Assembly: GCF_009914755.1 (NCBI RefSeq)
Contig: NC_060934.1
Direction: 5' to 3' (one strand)
Source: the human T2T-CHM13v2.0 reference genome, Homo sapiens
DNA length: 64,000 nucleotides
The position numbers and the translations under genes were made by a program. The notes under the pieces were generated by a model. That model did no database searches. It had not been told where the DNA came from and worked only from the letters and a program-made list of their open reading frames with translations. Below are positions 55,305 through 64,000 of this stretch, one piece after another. Within the stretch, counting starts at the first letter, position 1; each line of letters starts with the position of its first letter.

Positions 55305-56472
55305 TGTAGCTGCACCAGACCAATCTGGTTCAACTTTTATGTAACAAAGTTGTGATTTGTTTTTCAGTTGCCCGGGACTCCCAGGTTGAAGATCATGAGC
55401 ATGCCCTGATGAGCCAAGGCATGCAACCACAGGGGAACCTAAGTGCTTGGACTGAGGAGTGGGGACTGAAATAAGAAGCGGACACTGCAGGGCAGGATCA
55501 GGATCCAATCAGATCGAGCCCTGGCATCACCTCATGGCAGGATCTAGTCAGATCGTGGCTTTTGACATCACTTCATTGTGAAATCCAATCAGATCACACC
55601 TTATTACCCTATCCTTATAAAACCGGACCTAGCCCCCAGCTCGAGGAGGCACTGCTTTGGGAGTTATCCCAGGTGTTCTTGTTACTAGTTGCAAGGAATA
55701 AAATCCTCTTGCTAAATCCTCCTTGGTTGTGCAGATGTTGGCATGGATGTGGAGAGAAGGGAACACTTACGCTTTGTTGGTGAGGATGTAAATTAGCTCA
55801 ACTCTGTGATAAACAGTATGGAGAGTTTTCAAAGAACTAAAAATAGAACTTCTACTCAACCCAGCAATCCTATGAGTGCATGAGTGGGTATCTACCCAAA
55901 GGAAAAGAGACCATATAAATAATATACCTATTTATTGCAGCACTATTCACAATAGCAAAGTCACGGAACCAAGCTGAGTGCCCATCAGTGGTTGACTGGA
56001 TAAAGAAAATGTGGTCTATATACACCATGGAATACTAATGAAAATAATGATTTCATTCTTTTTATGGTTGTGTAGTATTCCATGGTTTATATATACCATT
56101 CTTGCGGCAATGTGGATGGAGCTGGAGGCCATCATCCTGAGTGAACTAACTGAAAAACAGAAAACCAAATACCGCGTGTTCTCACTTATAAGTGGGAACT
56201 AAACAATGGGTACGAATGATCATAAAGATGGAAATAATAGACACTGGGGGCTCCAAAAGCAGAGAGGATGGAAGAAGGACAAGGGTTGAGCACTTACCTG
56301 TTGGGTACAATGTTCACTACTGGTATATTGGGGACACTGGAAGCCCAATCCCCACTGGTATGTAATATACCCATGTAACAAACAAATATATGTACCTCCT
56401 GAATCTAAAATAATCAATCAATCAATCAATCCTCCTTGGTTGTGGTCATTGGGTTGATATCTGCCAAGTAAC
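55305..56472 (+). mobile_element. ERVL LTR (LTR32-like), interrupted by L1
   Basis: Starts tgtagctgcaccagaccaatctggttcaacttttatgtaac; CCAAT boxes at ~55505 and ~55585, TATAAAA at 55616, AATAAA at 55697. Confidence 0.65.
55732..56427 (+). mobile_element. 5'-truncated L1 (L1PB/L1MA) 3' end with a (TCAA)n tail
   Basis: ORF2 C-terminus WMELEAIILSEL..KTKYRVFSLISG; perfect 17-bp TSD aatcctccttggttgtg. Confidence 0.92.
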
Positions 56473-56478
56473 CACTGA

Positions 56479-56871
<393 letters not shown>

Positions 56872-57767
56872 TAACTGAAATAACATTTTTTATAAACCAT
56901 GCAACTTGGCTCTACTGGGTGAAGCTCACGTTAGAGGCCAACTTTCAACATATTTAAACTATGGAAGCCCCCAAAAGAGCAACTTACGTTAAAGGTGACT
57001 TATAGCAGAGGTAGCTAGGCTCAGTCCAGACTGGACAGTGCTCTCAAAGTTTATGTGCAGAGGCGGCAGTACCCAGGCAAGTCTTTGAAAGTCCCGGCTT
57101 AGAACTTGGCACAATCACCTTAGAGATTGTTCACTGCTACAAATGCAGGCATTGATGCAGGGGTGGGGCAGAAAGACGGGGGAGTGGGAGCCTTGCTGCT
57201 AATTGGTTTAGTCTAAGATCAAGCCTAACCTCCCTTGGCCCACACAACTGTTACTATTAAGTGAGACTGAAACTAATCAAAACTATTTACACAGATGTGC
57301 CAAGCCTGGGAGATGAAGCAATTATGTGCCCAGACCCATGTTGATGAGTAATTTGTGGCAAACTCCTCTGTATAAGAGGGGGTCATGTAGTAGCAAAGTG
57401 GGGTTGTTTTGAAGAGAAAGCCTGCTGATGTGAAACGAAGAGCTGACTTGGATTCCACATGATAGGAGACAGGTATATGCTTGGAGTGCAGCCTCTCCAG
57501 GGGAAACTGAGGGAGGGATGGGGGACTAAGTGATCTGCAACTCACTCATGAAAACCCATTTCAACCCAAAACAGACCTAACCTCCTCCACCTTCCATTAA
57601 GTAATTTATCAGGGTTTTAAAAGAAGAATCCATATTTCTTACACTTCCTTTCTGTTGGACAATGCAGTGATATGACCAAGGGCTTGGGGTGTGGATTGCA
57701 GGGGAGGGAAGGTTAATTAGCAACACAGATTAATTAGCAACCAGTCAGGGAGACGGATCTGTGCTCT

Positions 57768-57945
57768 GATTCATCTAACAAAAACTCTGGAGGTGGCTAT
57801 GCTTAATATGCTCCTTTGCAGATGTCAGATCTATAAGTGAGAGAAGCTAAGTGAGTCACCACAGGTCACAAAGCTAGCAAGAGGAGACAGATTGTAAGAT
57901 CATAAACCAAAGTCCCAGGCCTCCAAACCCCATGCTCTTTCCTAC
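57768..57945 (-). mobile_element. MIR
   Basis: tttgcagatg...gagagaagctaagtgagtcaccacaggtcacaaagctagcaag. Confidence 0.6.
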
Positions 57946-58478
57946 AAAATATACTATCTTCCTTCTGAAAATTATGCTCATCATAGGGACGAACTTTGTT
58001 TCCCAGGATTAGTTGGGCTCACGTACATGCTACCATATTGACTCGGGTTCTCTAGGGTACTGGACCAGAATGTTTGTTCCCTCAAAACTTGAGGTCCTAG
58101 GGCCATCTAGGAGGAGCGGTGCAAGAGGCTTTGGGATCGATTGCCAGGCTGTGGGCCCCTGGGGGTGAGGGGCCTGAACAAAACGTGAAATACGGCTCCA
58201 CTTTCTGCATCAGCAGAGGGGAGGCTGGGCGTGCCTGTGCCCCCAGAAGTGAACCCTTATGTCCAGAGCAGTGAGGAATGTTGAAGTCAGGAATTCCCCC
58301 TTCCTTCCCTCAAGCCAGGTCCTCAGAAGCCCGGATGAAACTCCTTGATAGGAGATGTTTTGAAGGAACCTGGGTAAAGTGCTTCTGTGGACTGCAAGAT
58401 CTAACAAGTCTCAGAGTCAGACAGTCTGAGGAGTAGACCCATAGATGCCGAGTGCATACTTTCTCTGGGCGACACTTT

Positions 58479-58928
58479 GCATTTACGGAACAGGTGCTGG
58501 GAGCCAGGAGGTGAGAACTCCCAGAGACTCAGTCCCTGCCCTCAAGGAATTCCCAGTCTAATCAGGGACATGAGCTTGTAAACCTGGCTCCTCCCCGACC
58601 CGGCCCTCAGCCCAACCCTGAGTCATCCTGATGCTCACTCAGGATTGGAGGTCCTGGAAGTCCACAGTATGGGTGGGAGAAGAGGAGAAGCCGCTCACTC
58701 ATGCAGAGGGAAGGAGAGAAGAGTGAAGTAATGAATGCATGCATTCATTCAGCAGCTGTTTAGGAGAGCCTTTCCCGTGTCCATCACTCTCCTGGGTGCT
58801 GCGACTATGGTAGAGAACAACACAAATTTAAATAAAAAGTCCCTGTTATGATGGAGGTGATGGGACTTGATCTCTTTGCATAGCATCCAGATTATTGGAG
58901 AAGTGAGGGAGGAAAAGGATATTCTAAT
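58479..58928 (+). repeat. Left arm of an inverted duplication (contains L2 fragments)
   Basis: Reverse-complement match to 61995 back to 61208, excluding the Alu, and weakly to ~60495. Confidence 0.9.
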
Positions 58929-59539
58929 CTCATTGTGAAATTGAGGAAACCAAAGCCTTTCTACTTACAAAGTGGCAGCCCCAAGATGCAAACACAAGTC
59001 TCTCAATTCCGCTATGTGCTGGTGCCCACACACATAGGGACCCTCCCCTTAGCTAGGTTGCTATGAGAGAGGCCACAGAGCCCTAGCAAGGAAATTGCAC
59101 AAAGGCCAGCACCAAAGGTTGTTGTGATCATAAATTTGGTCCTTCCAGTAGTTTCTGGGGAGACAAGGGTCACAAATGCATCTATCTTTTGGTCAGCCGT
59201 TTTAGTATCAGCTTCCAGGTCTATTGGATAGAGATATTCATCTACACGAATAAATAACTCCTTGAAATAATTCAAGGCTTTTCAGAAACCACAATCAAAT
59301 TTGTAAAATAAGGCAAAGCAAAGCAAAACACAACAAAACACTTACGTAACCATTGTTTGTGATGCAAAGCTGTAATTAAGAACCAGAATTTAACAAATAT
59401 ACATGAAAAAAAGCATAGAGTTGATCAGCATATTATTTTCAGGGCAAATCATAATAGTAAACTTGCATATTTCAGGGAATTTTTGTTTATACATTTTCCC
59501 CAGACCAAGCCTGAAATTCCTGTATTAAAAAAAATCACC

Positions 59540-59832
<293 letters not shown>

Positions 59833-60508
59833 TCACCCTATCAGTTAACTAGAGGAATAAAGCATAACATAAATGGGTACTTTTCCAGCAATTTCATTTT
59901 TTTTTAGATTTAATATTAGTTACAGGAAAGAATACACTGTCAAGGAAATCCATCAACAGCTTGGTTTTCAGAGGGAAACTCAGATACACACTTATCTATC
60001 CAAGGTTACCAGGTACCCATGGTTACTTCAGTTCAAAAAGAAACAAAACAAACCCCAAGTGCTTGAAGTGGTAACAACGGTTAGTTTTATTTCACAGCTG
60101 GTAACGTAGGTAGAAGGCACAAAAACAAGGCTGTGCAGGGGGCGGTTACTTCCTTTTCAGTGGATGGGCAAGTCATGGACTTTCGCAGTCTGAAAGCTGC
60201 TGCCGCCCCCCCCAGAGCTTGACCTCCACTCCAACGCAGCATCCCAGGGTCACAACCTGGAACTTGTCATCATCTACACCGTGTTTTGGAGCCCACATCT
60301 TAAACTCCCTGTCCCTTCAGCTCTTCCTCCTCTTCTTGGCAATATTCTCTCCAGCACCTTCAGCACAAGCCCCCGTCTCCAGCTTCGTCATGCCCCCCTC
60401 ATGCATCATCTCCCCTCCATCCGTGCTCGGTGAAGCCGTTCTCCATCCACCTCTTCTGCCTCTCTCATTTTACTCCACTGCTGTTCCTTGCCTTTAGTTA
60501 CCCTTTCC

Positions 60509-61995
<1,487 letters not shown>

Positions 61996-62486
61996 TTCCT
62001 GGATCGAGGGCATAATGAGTCCAGCGTGGCTTTGGGCATGTCTTATACTCTGGGTGTAAGTGTTTGCATCTGTGAAATATGCCGTTAGAACGCTCTGTCT
62101 TTTGTTTCCTTTGTGACCCTAGGACTCCATCAGCTCCTATATGTGAAGAGTGGAACATCAGATTTGAAGCCTGATTGCAACTTGAAGGCCTCATCTAATC
62201 ACACAGCTTGTGTGCCTGGGCCCTGAGTGGTATTGGCCTAAAGCATAATGCAATTCACCCTGCATTTACATTCCTCTTCATCTGATTTGCCGGAGAATCT
62301 GGATTTGTTAAGGATCTCAGCTTATTTTCCTCAGGCAGATGCTCTTAGTTTCTCAGCAATCCAGCAGTGGTTACAGAGCCTGGGTCTGTAGGAGATGAGG
62401 GGCCCAGCACTGGAGGGGGGGCTACCTTGGAAGACAGCTCCTCCCATCCCCACTGATTTTTCAAGTCAACGGGGGTAATGGTTTCA

Positions 62487-62911
<425 letters not shown>

Positions 62912-64000
62912 TTAATGGAGATCTCCAGGGACACGGATGAGTGAAAAGAGGTTTTATGCATTGATGAAAGCCTTTAAAATCCCCAAATCTGTTCAGAACT
63001 AGTGAAAGATGGAGAGGTTGGAAACTAGAAATTGGCTTTTGGCACCTCTGAGTCTCTCCAGCTGAGCCCAGCCACCAAACACCCTTATGGCTTCTCCCAG
63101 ATCAGCCTTGAGTGATGAAGCCAACAGGGAGGGAGCTGCTGATGGAGGAGGGAGAGGGATGGGAGGGGGAGAAAGAGGAAAGGAAGGAGGGGCTGGGGGA
63201 CACTGACAAAACCCCGGCTAGGCTGCTCCCAGGGGCTGAGGCTCTGGAAAACAAATTTGGAAACATTATCCCATATCCCACAAGATCTCCATTGAAGACA
63301 TTAAGCCCAGAGGCCCAAAGGGACCCATTGAAGAGACAAGGCCAGAGCCAGGGATCTTGAAGGCTCAGCCGTTCCGGTGAAATCAAAACAGCATGAGCCA
63401 AACAGCTCATGAAGAGATAAGGGATTAGACCACGCTCAAAACCATGTGAAGATGAGGAACTTGCTAACATTCTTGAGTTCCCCATAGAAAATGGGCTTGT
63501 TCAACTCAGGAATGAACTGTGAAATGCTGAATTCTACTCTGGGGTCTCTGATGAAGCATAAAAAGCCAAAAAATTCTTCCACAACCCATTTGGGGGAAAT
63601 GGCACATGAACTCACTCTCTACTGCTCCAGGGCTGGCTACACAGCAGACCCCACAGCCCTGCATTTGTTTGTGATTGCACCCGAGTTGTGAGTTCAGGAG
63701 ATTTTTAAATCCACTGATAAAATGAGTTCTTATTGGAATTCAGAAATTAAACATGAACCAGGGGGTATTTTTATTGTACTTTTCCCTTTACTGGTAAAGT
63801 CTTTTCATCTTGAATTGGATCCCAATTTTTCACTGGGAAGCTGCCATCCAGCCTTGCAGGAAAAAAAAAAAAAATTAAAAATTAAGCAAAGAAAGCTTGA
63901 GGCAACTATAAGTAGTGGAGTATAAGTAATACCATCAGAAAGGAAGTTGTGGGTGGACATGGGGCAGGTTCCTTGCTGTTAGGGGATGCATGGGTCAAGG

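Noticed and set aside
55101-55508. 135-aa minus-strand ORF with protein-like composition
   Set aside because: Half of it is antisense LTR, it has a non-ATG start, and I recognise no homology. A BLASTX of 55090-55304 would settle it.

Overview
This is primate (human-like) genomic DNA that is non-coding and repeat-dense. I found no credible protein-coding exon, tRNA, rRNA or CRISPR array. The longer ORFs derive from Alu, L1, LTR or low-complexity sequence, and none of the rest resembles a protein I recognise. The window holds about 27 Alu/FLAM pieces, 5'-truncated L1 3' ends, old L2/MIR/CR1(L3) fragments, MaLR LTRs (3 THE1, MST, several MLT1), ERV1 LTRs (MER4A-, MER66-like, MER50), an ERVL LTR32-like element and DNA transposons (MER81, MER82, MER1B, MER5, two MADE1). 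Many have readable target-site duplications (TSDs). Structures that repeat annotation alone does not explain: (1) an old ~450-bp inverted duplication (58.5-58.9 kb vs 60.5-62.0 kb) whose right arm was later interrupted by an MST LTR and an Alu; (2) two MADE1 (miR-548-type) hairpins, both altered at the centre; (3) a 166-bp tandem duplication; (4) a fold-back micro-inversion inside an L1 that forms an 87-nt hairpin; (5) a twin-primed 5'-inverted old L1; (6) a three-arm chimeric Alu with a ~410-bp polypyrimidine tail; (7) candidate CTCF, nuclear-receptor and AP-1 sites in unique DNA. I see no support for a wholly new biological system. Subfamily names come from recalled consensus sequences, boundaries without a TSD are approximate, and I could not identify the locus.
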